Origin: Calditrichia bacterium
Lineage (GTDB): Bacteria; Calditrichota; Calditrichia; RBG-13-44-9
Reading direction: 5' to 3'
Assembly: GCA_037381445.1 (NCBI GenBank)
Contig: JARRQT010000144.1
Location: 1 to 17,496, forward strand
DNA: 17,496 nt
The first letter of the stretch is position 1. Every line of letters begins with the position of its first letter. Both the position numbers and the translations under genes were made by a program. The notes beneath the pieces are model-generated. The model did no database searches, was not told where the DNA came from, and worked only from the letters and a program-made list of their open reading frames with translations. This document shows, in pieces, positions 8,300-15,630 of the stretch.

Positions 8300-9065
8300 A
8301 CAAAAGGAAAAGACGCTGGTCATTGTACCCACTTATAATGAAAGAAAAAACATCACGACGGTCATAAATTCTGTTTTCGGATTGAACATACCAAATCTTG
8401 ATCTCCTGGTTGTTGATGATAATTCGCCTGACGGAACAGCGGATGAAGTCAGGGAGTTAATGGAAACAAACAACCGGATATTCATGATCGAGCGCGAAGG
8501 AAAGCAGGGTCTGGGAACCGCCTATATTGCTGGTTTCCATTTTGCAATTGAGAATAACTATGACTATGTTTTTGAAATGGATGCCGATCTTTCTCACGAT
8601 CCGAAAGAGATTCCGAATTTTCTGAAAGCGATTGAGGATGCGGATTTGGTTATCGGTTCCCGTTATATTAAAGGAGTGAATGTCATCAACTGGCCGCTGC
8701 GCCGCCTGGTCCTCAGCCTGATGGCCAGCAAATATACTAAATTCATTACCGGCATGCCGGTTCAGGACTGCACTAGCGGATTCAAATGCTTTCGAAGGAT
8801 CGTTCTGGAAACCATTCCGTTGGATCAAGTCAGTTCCAGCGGATACAGTTTTCAGATTGAAATGAATTTCAAAACCTGGAAGCGGGGATTCAGGATTAAG
8901 GAAATATCGATTATCTTTCACGACAGGACGGTGTGCTCAAGAAAAACTTTAGAATGGTTTTTGATTTTGAAAAGCCGGTTGTGGAACTGGAAAAGAAAAT
9001 TTTGGAAATGGAAGAATATGCCCGGGAAACCGGTGTCGATCTTTCGGAAGATATTAAGAGGTTAA
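8292..9065 (+). CDS. Polyprenol-phosphate mannose synthase (Dpm1/Ppm1-like GT2); C-terminus aberrant after residue 214 (nt 8933), possibly truncated
   Basis: 'IVPTYNE', '[10 protein letters not shown]', 'GLGTAY..GF', '[10 protein letters not shown]', 'VIGSRY', 'D.TSGFKCFR', 'GYSFQIE', 'F.DR'. The expected 'G.SKM' motif and final helix are missing; the last 43 codons lie in an alternative frame of accA. Confidence 0.88.
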   Translation: MAEQKEKTLVIVPTYNERKNITTVINSVFGLNIPNLDLLVVDDNSPDGTADEVRELMETNNRIFMIEREGKQGLGTAYIAGFHFAIENNYDYVFEMDADLSHDPKEIPNFLKAIEDADLVIGSRYIKGVNVINWPLRRLVLSLMASKYTKFITGMPVQDCTSGFKCFRRIVLETIPLDQVSSSGYSFQIEMNFKTWKRGFRIKEISIIFHDRTVCSRKTLEWFLILKSRLWNWKRKFWKWKNMPGKPVSIFRKILRG

Positions 9066-9931
9066 CCAAAAAAGCCCAGACGCTTCGCAAAGATATTTAC
9101 TCAAAACTCACGCCGTGGCAGCGGGTCCAGCTTGCCCGTCACCCCGACAGGCCCTATACGCTGGATTATATCGGACGGATGGTTACTGATTTTGTCGAAT
9201 TGCATGGAGACCGTTACTTTGCGGACGATCCGGCGATTGTAGCCGGCATCGGGAAACTGGATGGTCATAAAATCGCTATAATAGGACATCAAAAAGGCAG
9301 GGATGTGAAGGAGAATCTGCACCGCAATTTCGGAATGCCGCATCCCGAGGGCTATCGTAAAGCCCACCGGGTAATGAATCTGGCGGCAAAGTTCAACCTT
9401 CCCATTATTTCGCTGTTGGATACGCCGGGCGCCTACCCGGGAATTGACGCCGAGGAAAGAGGACAGGCGGAGGCCATTGCGCGGAATCTGCTGGAAATGT
9501 CGCATCTTCCGGTTCCCATCATTATTACCATTATTGGGGAAGGCGCCTCCGGCGGAGCACTGGGGATCGGCGTTGGCGATACTATTTTCATGCTCGAAAA
9601 CTGTTGGTATTCCGTGATCTCGCCGGAGGGCTGCGCGGCTATTCTCTGGCGGGACAACGCGAAGGCTTCCCTGGCGGCCGAGGCGATGAAACTGACTGCC
9701 CCCGATCTGCTCAAATTAAAGATAATCGATAAAATCATTAAAGAGCCCCCGGGTGGTGCTCACTGGGACCATGACGAGGCGGCCCGAATCCTGAAAAAAC
9801 AATTGATTGACGAAATCGTCCGGCTCCAAAAAATGGATTCCCGTGAGCTGGTTAATAAACGGGTAGAAAAATTTGAAAAAATGGGATATTGGACCGAAGA
9901 AACGGCTAACACCAAATCCGGAAAAAAGTAA
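8933..9931 (+). CDS. accA: Acetyl-CoA carboxylase carboxyltransferase subunit alpha
   Basis: '[10 protein letters not shown]', '[16 protein letters not shown]', 'ELHGDR', 'GHQKG', '[13 protein letters not shown]', '[14 protein letters not shown]', '[11 protein letters not shown]', '[14 protein letters not shown]'. Start is GTG 8933 or ATG 8954. Confidence 0.97.
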   Translation: MLKKNFRMVFDFEKPVVELEKKILEMEEYARETGVDLSEDIKRLTKKAQTLRKDIYSKLTPWQRVQLARHPDRPYTLDYIGRMVTDFVELHGDRYFADDPAIVAGIGKLDGHKIAIIGHQKGRDVKENLHRNFGMPHPEGYRKAHRVMNLAAKFNLPIISLLDTPGAYPGIDAEERGQAEAIARNLLEMSHLPVPIIITIIGEGASGGALGIGVGDTIFMLENCWYSVISPEGCAAILWRDNAKASLAAEAMKLTAPDLLKLKIIDKIIKEPPGGAHWDHDEAARILKKQLIDEIVRLQKMDSRELVNKRVEKFEKMGYWTEETANTKSGKK

Positions 9932-9947
9932 AGATCGGAGATAAAAA

Positions 9948-10133
9948 ATGCTGGACAAACAATTATTGGATATTTTGGCCTGCCCGAAATGCAAAGGTGA
10001 TCTTGAATATAAAACAGATGCCGACAACGATAAAAACGGGCGGCTGATCTGCCACAACTGCAGGCTGATTTACCGGGTGGAAGATGATATTCCCATTATG
10101 CTGATTGAAGAAGCGGAATCTCTCAAAGAGTAA
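9948..10133 (+). CDS. Trm112-like / UPF0434 (YcaR-type) small zinc-binding protein
   Basis: 'LLDILACPKCKG.L...LIC..C...Y.V.DDIPIML.EEA'. SD GGAG at 9937-9940. Confidence 0.9.
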   Translation: MLDKQLLDILACPKCKGDLEYKTDADNDKNGRLICHNCRLIYRVEDDIPIMLIEEAESLKE

Positions 10134-10266
10134 GTTTTTGGCGGACAGATTTCACCGAGTGGATTGAGATGTTCCAGTGATGGCCAAAGACAGTTTGGTT
10201 CACTGAAATGTTGATAACACTCAATCATTTTCAATTCTCCCCACCAGAAAAGAACACTTTTTCCCC

Positions 10267-10295
10267 TTGCTTAACTGGTCAGTCATGCATAAATT
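10267..10295 (+). promoter_or_regulatory. Putative sigma70 promoter with an imperfect palindrome spanning the spacer
   Basis: TTGCTT-17 bp-TAAATT ending 44 bp upstream of ATG 10340. Palindrome TGCTTAACTG-GT-CAGTCATGCA (8/10 arm match) at 10268-10289. Confidence 0.5.
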
Positions 10296-10339
10296 TGCGC
10301 GGGATTTTAGAAGGATACTTTCAAAAAATGGAGTTAACT

Positions 10340-11137
10340 ATGAATGAATTAAAAAAACACCTTTATCTGATTTTATATCCCAATGAAGCTTTGGTGGCCT
10401 CTCAGCTCTCGCCGGATGAATTCGGCCAGCATTACGCAGTTGGCAGTTCGAAGCACTTTTCGGGAAAAGTTGTTTTTGCGGAGATTGATATAAATTTCCG
10501 AAATGAATATTTTCAAATCGACCAGTATCTGGAACGTACCGATTCGGGAGTGCCCGGTGTCCCCAAAAAGACCAAGTTTATTAAATCGTACCGCGTGCTG
10601 GAGCATATTGAATTGAGCGCTTTTCAGAACCTGTATCTGGTAACCGTTGACGGACAAGTGCTTGGATTGGAAAAGACACAGGATTTTGCCCGCTTCCACC
10701 AACCCAAACGAATTCGCATTTACCAGGAAATCTGTCCCCTGCAGCTGCTGGTGGCTTCCAATCTCGATCCAGTTCAGTTCAGCAGTTACATTACCAAGGA
10801 GACCGAATCGAAAGGCGCTCCCAAATTATTCTTCACTCAATATAATGTGGAAGTTGAGGATGTTATGAAACACCGGCAGGCACGGCCGCTTCCGACTTCG
10901 CCACTGCCGAATGTCAATCCCACGAATTTGAATGTCGCCTTACTGGAACTGGCCGGTGATCCCACCAAACGTACCAAGACCATCAGCCTGAATGAAATTT
11001 TTGACCGGATTTCCTATTCGAAAATCAAGCATGGATTCTGGCTGGCGGATGAGAAAGATCTGCTTTTTTATGCCATGCCCGATATCCAGGAGCTGGAAGA
11101 GAAGCACTACGACTGGTGGAGAAGCGTTTACAAATAA
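10340..11137 (+). CDS. Hypothetical protein (265 aa) made of two related halves
   Basis: SD GGAG at 10330-10333 before ATG 10340, so the upstream extension to 10208 is probably not translated. Globular composition, visible internal repeat, followed by a terminator. Confidence 0.85.
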   Translation: MNELKKHLYLILYPNEALVASQLSPDEFGQHYAVGSSKHFSGKVVFAEIDINFRNEYFQIDQYLERTDSGVPGVPKKTKFIKSYRVLEHIELSAFQNLYLVTVDGQVLGLEKTQDFARFHQPKRIRIYQEICPLQLLVASNLDPVQFSSYITKETESKGAPKLFFTQYNVEVEDVMKHRQARPLPTSPLPNVNPTNLNVALLELAGDPTKRTKTISLNEIFDRISYSKIKHGFWLADEKDLLFYAMPDIQELEEKHYDWWRSVYK

Positions 11138-11175
11138 TTGATTTGATTATTTTGTTGTAAGAATCGCCAATTAAT

Positions 11176-11210
11176 AAAACGCCCTGATTTGAAAATTTCG
11201 GGGCGTTTTT
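11176..11210. terminator. Bidirectional rho-independent terminator between convergent genes
   Basis: AAAACGCCCTGA-TTTGAAAATT-TCGGGGCGTTTTT: GC-rich stem with an A-tract before and a T-tract after. Confidence 0.8.
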
Positions 11211-11290
11211 GTATATAAGCTGATTTATTTTGTTTTGAAGAGCAGCACCGGAAAAGTAACGCTGTTTATCTGCCAAAAGCGAAAGTGTTA

Positions 11291-11803
11291 TCAAAAAATG
11301 GCATGCATCAGCCAGAGAATAATGGCATAGATAATCCAGCCGATCACGCACACCACGATGGCTCGTCCTGTGCTGTTGTAATCGAGCGCCTGGCGCACCG
11401 CAATGACCGTGGCCACCAGCATCCAGATCGACGCAACAATCGATGCGATGGTAAACAGGCCGGGGATAATCCCCACGATGGCAATGATTCCGGGCGCACT
11501 GGCAAAACCTATGGTCCGCAGCAACTCCCCGTAATCGGAGCGGGTTTGAGGCTGGGGCAGCCATTTCGCTCCGATAATGTAAATAAGGTATGACCAGATG
11601 AACCATCCGATCAAGGCGCCCACGGTAGTGCCTATAATTGATGAGGGTATCCCCCGGGAGACAGAGGCAATGCCGGAGGCCAGGCTTGAAAGCACCACCA
11701 CTCCCAGAGCCTGCCCGAGAGCGCTTTTATCGGCTTCAACTTCCTCAAAAATCAGGGGATCCAATCTGATTGACTGAACGATGCGGGTACCAAAAGAACT
11801 CAT
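11291..11803 (-). CDS. Yip1-family small multi-pass membrane protein
   Basis: 170 aa. 'FEEVEAD...QAL.VV', 'LLRTIGFASAPG', 'VIAVRQALDY.STGRA..V..IGW' match the bacterial YIP1-like pattern (recalled). Strong SD GAGGAGG before the ATG. Confidence 0.8.
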   Translation of the reverse strand: MSSFGTRIVQSIRLDPLIFEEVEADKSALGQALGVVVLSSLASGIASVSRGIPSSIIGTTVGALIGWFIWSYLIYIIGAKWLPQPQTRSDYGELLRTIGFASAPGIIAIVGIIPGLFTIASIVASIWMLVATVIAVRQALDYNSTGRAIVVCVIGWIIYAIILWLMHAIF

Positions 11804-11823
11804 GTGACCTCCTCTTTTTCCAA

Positions 11824-11852
11824 AATGTAATCATAACCGGACTAAAACTCAA
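11824..11852 (-). promoter_or_regulatory. Possible sigma70 promoter for the Yip1-like gene
   Basis: The minus strand reads TTGAGT-17 bp-TACATT, between the upstream terminator and the SD. Confidence 0.4.
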
Positions 11853-11879
11853 ATAAAACCTGTATTTAAATCGCCAAAT

Positions 11880-11912
11880 AAAAAAACCATCCCGGCAGAA
11901 GGATGGCTTTTT
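11880..11912 (-). terminator. Rho-independent terminator of the Ig-domain lipoprotein gene
   Basis: The minus strand reads AAAAAG-CCATCC-TTCTGCCG-GGATGG-TTTTTTT, starting about 25 bp after the stop at 11937. Confidence 0.78.
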
Positions 11913-11936
11913 CTTACGCAAAAGTCTATTTGAAAA

Positions 11937-13187
11937 TCAGGGCGTGATAATCACTGTGGAGAGGGCAGTTCCTTCATTGCCTGATAAGTCGATGGCTTTA
12001 ATGTAGATGGAATGTCCCTGACCATCGCCATAACCTGCGGTGTTCCAGTCGAATTTATAGGGTGCGGTTGCATCGGCGGAAAGGAAATCACCGTCAATAT
12101 AGCATTCCACGGTCTGGATTCCGTTATTATCCTGAACATCCGCAGTGATGGAGAGCACCGTTCCGGCGCTATAAGTCGCGCCGCCCGGAGGATAAAGTAT
12201 GGTAACGGTTGGCGGAATATTGTCCGGGCTCTGGATTGTCACGGAAATGACCTCGGAAATGCCCTGATTTTGATTGGTATCATAGGCTTTCACGAACAGA
12301 GCATGCGTGCTTCCGCCGGGCAGCGTGCTGGTGTCCCACTGGAATTTCCAGGGTGCATTTGTAACGGTCTGATAAATCTGCCCGTCCACATACAATTCGA
12401 GATAATCGATGGCAACATTATCTTCCGCCTCGGCAAGTATATCAACATTTCCCGATACGGTTGAACCTGCCACGGGGTAGAGAAGGCTCACCGAAGGCGG
12501 GGTATTATCAACTATATTATCACTCTGCACGGTGACAGTTACCACATTGGAGTAGGCGGTATTTAGGTTTTCATCGTAAGCCTGGGCAAAAAGATTATGA
12601 ACGGATCCGTCAATATAGTTTGAGACGATCCAGTCAAATTCAAACGGCCGGCTGGAAGCCGTATAATTCAAGCGGCCGTCCACATAATACTCGACTTTCT
12701 GAATATTGCTGTCGTCAACGATTGTGGGAATTACCCGCACCGTGTCGCTCACCAGGGAGCCGGTTATCGGATTTATGATGGTGATGACCGGCGCTAGGGT
12801 ATCGGGCACCGAACCCGCAACCACTCTGACCGTCACAGCGCCGGAAAACCCGATATTTCCCGCCGCATCGACTGCCGCGGTCTGTAAATTGTGATTTCGG
12901 TTATCCGCTACCGGCGTTGTATCCCATGCGTACTCATAAGGGGTTTCCGTCAAGGTGCTGACTTTAGTTCCGTCTATATAAAGATTAAGGTGATCGATAT
13001 CATTATTATCCGTTGCGCCCATGATCACTTTAACGGTTCCGGAAACAGCCTGATCGGTCACCGGAAAAATGATGGTGGTGACAGGAGGCGTATCATCGGG
13101 GGCATTTGGCAGCGTGCACTGCATGAAATTGAGGGCAATGGAGAGAAAACCAAAGATGACCATAAGTACTGATAACCGTTTATTCAT
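11937..13187 (-). CDS. Putative surface lipoprotein with four tandem bacterial Ig-like (Big_7-type) domains
   Basis: Signal peptide with 'NFMQC' (Cys24). Four ~95-aa repeats: 'D..PP.V.I..P....VSG.V......D...I.....Y(I/V)DG........P....W........H......A.D...N'. SD AGGAG upstream. Confidence 0.88.
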   Translation of the reverse strand: MNKRLSVLMVIFGFLSIALNFMQCTLPNAPDDTPPVTTIIFPVTDQAVSGTVKVIMGATDNNDIDHLNLYIDGTKVSTLTETPYEYAWDTTPVADNRNHNLQTAAVDAAGNIGFSGAVTVRVVAGSVPDTLAPVITIINPITGSLVSDTVRVIPTIVDDSNIQKVEYYVDGRLNYTASSRPFEFDWIVSNYIDGSVHNLFAQAYDENLNTAYSNVVTVTVQSDNIVDNTPPSVSLLYPVAGSTVSGNVDILAEAEDNVAIDYLELYVDGQIYQTVTNAPWKFQWDTSTLPGGSTHALFVKAYDTNQNQGISEVISVTIQSPDNIPPTVTILYPPGGATYSAGTVLSITADVQDNNGIQTVECYIDGDFLSADATAPYKFDWNTAGYGDGQGHSIYIKAIDLSGNEGTALSTVIITP

Positions 13188-13228
13188 AACTTCTCCTATA
13201 GTTGCACAATATATTTAACCATTCAAAA

Positions 13229-13257
13229 TTGACGATAAAATATTATTTTAGTATGAT
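13229..13257 (+). promoter_or_regulatory. Near-consensus sigma70 promoter in the divergent intergenic region
   Basis: TTGACG-17 bp-TATGAT (5/6 and 5/6 matches to consensus). The region is AT-rich, so a chance match is possible. Confidence 0.55.
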
Positions 13258-13267
13258 TGATGTCACA
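13252..13267. promoter_or_regulatory. CRP/FNR-family-like binding site
   Basis: TATGA-ttgatg-TCACA, 9/10 match to TGTGA-N6-TCACA. Confidence 0.4.
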
Positions 13268-13461
13268 TAAAAAAAGACGGTTTCTTTGTTAGGAATGTCG
13301 CAATTCGCGTTTTGCTTCAACCGGTAAATTTCCTTTTGATTGAATTCTCTGTTCGATTGCCAGTCGCGAGATATAAAACGGGGACGTTAAAAATCGGTTG
13401 ATTTTTCGGCCAGATATCCATTATCTTGCCTGTTGAAACCGGAGGTTTAATTCAGGATTCG

Positions 13462-15576
13462 ATGCTAAATTTTTTAAATCCCACAATCCTTTTTGCACTT
13501 TTTGCAGGTTTTATTCCTTTAATTATTCATTTATTAAATCGCCGCAAAAATAAAGAAATCCGCTTCAGCACGATTCACTTTCTGAAGCAGATGGCGCGCA
13601 AAGAGATGCGCAGACTGCGAATCCGGCAGATATTATTGCTCATTATCAGGACGCTTATTATTCTGCTTGTGATATTTGCTTTCTCGAGACCCACCCTGCG
13701 TAGCGGCGCCGGACTGCTGGCGGGAAGAAGCGCATCGGAGGTGGTGATAATTATTGATAACAGTCTTTCTCTCAACAGTCTGGAATTAACCGGAAATCTG
13801 CTGGAGAAAGTACGCATGCGCTGGATTAACCTCGAACCGGCCGTTAAGAGCGGCGACCGAATTACGGTGATCTCTGGCGTAACCCCCCTGAAAATCCTAG
13901 CCAACCGGGAAAATTATTCTTCGTCCCTGTGGCAGAAGATCTATAAAGAGATTCAGCCTACCTCTCTGAAGGGAAATTTAGGGGAGGCAATAGGCCGGGC
14001 TTCGGAAATATTCAAAAATTCCGATCTCTATAATCATGAACTTTACATCATATCCGATTATCAGAAAGCGGGATTGAGCAGCCCCCAACTGAAATATATC
14101 AGCAGTGAGCTGGATGAGCGTGCCAAAATATTCTGCCTGCCGGTCTTTCACGGATCGGAGGAAAATGTTTCTGTGGATTCGGCCGTCGTGGTAAATAAAC
14201 TGGTGGAAAAAAATCAGCCGCTAAAAGTTGAAGCACTGCTGCAAACACAGAGCCCGGAAAAAAATTTGACCTCCATGGTGTCTCTGCTGATGGGAAACAA
14301 CAGGGTAGGGCAGCAAAATATTAATATCCCCCCAGGCGAAATAAAGCCCGTCTCTTTTCAGACAACCCTGCAGTCCAGTGGTCATGTGGCCGGTTATGCG
14401 GAATGCGAAAGCGATGCATTGCTGGAGGATAACCGCTACTATTATAATCTTTTCGTGCCCGAGAATGTGAGAATTTTGCACCTGCTCCCCAGTGAGGTGT
14501 CCGGCAGCTTTGTCCCGCTGATACTAAAACCGGCCATTGACAACAATATTTTCATCTTCGATAAAAATTATTTGAACTTATGGACCTCCATTGATTTCTC
14601 AAAGTACAAGGCGGTGATTCTGGAAGGAGTTGATCAGATTCCTGCCGGTCTGGCGGGCCGCCTGAGTCAGATTACGAAAAGGGGAACCAGTGTGCTGATC
14701 ATTCCCGGACATAATCTGGTTCCGGCCAATATGAATGCTTTTCTGAAAAATATGGGATTGGGGCAGATTCTAACGCTCAGGGGAAATCCGGAGACCCGGG
14801 ATGAAACTATCACCATTGGCAAAGTAAACTGGGAACATCCCATATTCGAAGGACTTTTTGAAAAACGGAAGGAATTAAATCCCATTGCGCTGAACGCTTA
14901 TTATGAGATAAGACCTTCTTCGAAAAACGAAATTATCATCAGCCTGCGGAACGGTGATCCCTTTCTGATTGGCAGTGGACAGCAGTCCGAAAACACGTAC
15001 CTGTTTGCGGTTCCCCTGCAGGCTCAATGGACAAATCTGGTGACGCGGGGATTTGTTGTGCCCTTGTTTTATCGCCTGCTGTACTATTCGGTTATTCAGA
15101 GCGTCCGGGAAAGGATTAATATCGAAGCCGGCAGGCCGTTCTCAGAGGTATTCCGAATGTTGCAGCCGCCCTATGAATTTACCCTGAAAAGACCCAATGG
15201 GCTGGAAGAAAAAATTGCGCCCGTTTTCAAAGGCTCCGATATTCTGCTGGAAGTCAGTGACAATGCCGAGCCGGGGAATTACGAAATTTGGCAGGGAAAC
15301 AGATTAATGACGGTCTATTCGGTGAATCACTCCCCCCTGGAGTCCCGGCAGGAATATTATGGGGAAAATGACCTGCTGCCGTACCTGCCGCATTCCCGCT
15401 GGATTCCGGGCGATGATAAACTGATTGAACAGATTGAAGCAAGCCGCTTCGGCCGTGAATTGTGGCCGTATATTCTGGGGCTGGTCCTGCTGCTGCTTTT
15501 CCTGGAAATGGTGCTCGCTTATACCGGTTCGCGAAAGCATGCCCGGGAGATGCAGAAGGAACTTGCGGAAGTATAG
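13462..15576 (+). CDS. BatA-domain / vWA membrane-anchored protein
   Basis: N-terminal BatA double-TM motif 'FLNP..LFAL....IPLIIHLLNRR.....I.FS...FL...LLL..R.L....L..AFSRP'. vWA MIDAS 'IIIDNSLS' and 'IISD'. C-terminal TM 'ELWPYILGLVLLLLFLEMVL'. ATG 13462 is preferred over TTG 13426. Confidence 0.85.
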   Translation: MLNFLNPTILFALFAGFIPLIIHLLNRRKNKEIRFSTIHFLKQMARKEMRRLRIRQILLLIIRTLIILLVIFAFSRPTLRSGAGLLAGRSASEVVIIIDNSLSLNSLELTGNLLEKVRMRWINLEPAVKSGDRITVISGVTPLKILANRENYSSSLWQKIYKEIQPTSLKGNLGEAIGRASEIFKNSDLYNHELYIISDYQKAGLSSPQLKYISSELDERAKIFCLPVFHGSEENVSVDSAVVVNKLVEKNQPLKVEALLQTQSPEKNLTSMVSLLMGNNRVGQQNINIPPGEIKPVSFQTTLQSSGHVAGYAECESDALLEDNRYYYNLFVPENVRILHLLPSEVSGSFVPLILKPAIDNNIFIFDKNYLNLWTSIDFSKYKAVILEGVDQIPAGLAGRLSQITKRGTSVLIIPGHNLVPANMNAFLKNMGLGQILTLRGNPETRDETITIGKVNWEHPIFEGLFEKRKELNPIALNAYYEIRPSSKNEIIISLRNGDPFLIGSGQQSENTYLFAVPLQAQWTNLVTRGFVVPLFYRLLYYSVIQSVRERINIEAGRPFSEVFRMLQPPYEFTLKRPNGLEEKIAPVFKGSDILLEVSDNAEPGNYEIWQGNRLMTVYSVNHSPLESRQEYYGENDLLPYLPHSRWIPGDDKLIEQIEASRFGRELWPYILGLVLLLLFLEMVLAYTGSRKHAREMQKELAEV

Positions 15577-15630
15577 CGGGTTTATGATATGTTCAAGTAA
15601 TGATTTCCGATGAATTAAAACAGTGGAGGC

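Noticed and set aside
8931..8990. Programmed -1 frameshift fusing the mannose synthase to AccA
   Set aside because: No in-frame X-XXY-YYZ slippery heptamer found, and it would not explain the missing conserved C-terminus.
10208..10339. 44-aa N-terminal extension of the hypothetical protein
   Set aside because: It covers the predicted promoter; the SD supports ATG 10340.
11025..11606. 193-aa minus ORF and 102-aa plus ORF (11285-11593)
   Set aside because: Alternative frames of the Yip1-like gene; the longer one crosses the bidirectional terminator and the 3' end of the convergent gene.
11937..13187. Ig repeats as DNA-level repeats or a diversification cassette
   Set aside because: The repeats are similar only at protein level, with no near-identical nucleotide copies and no recombinase or reverse transcriptase nearby.
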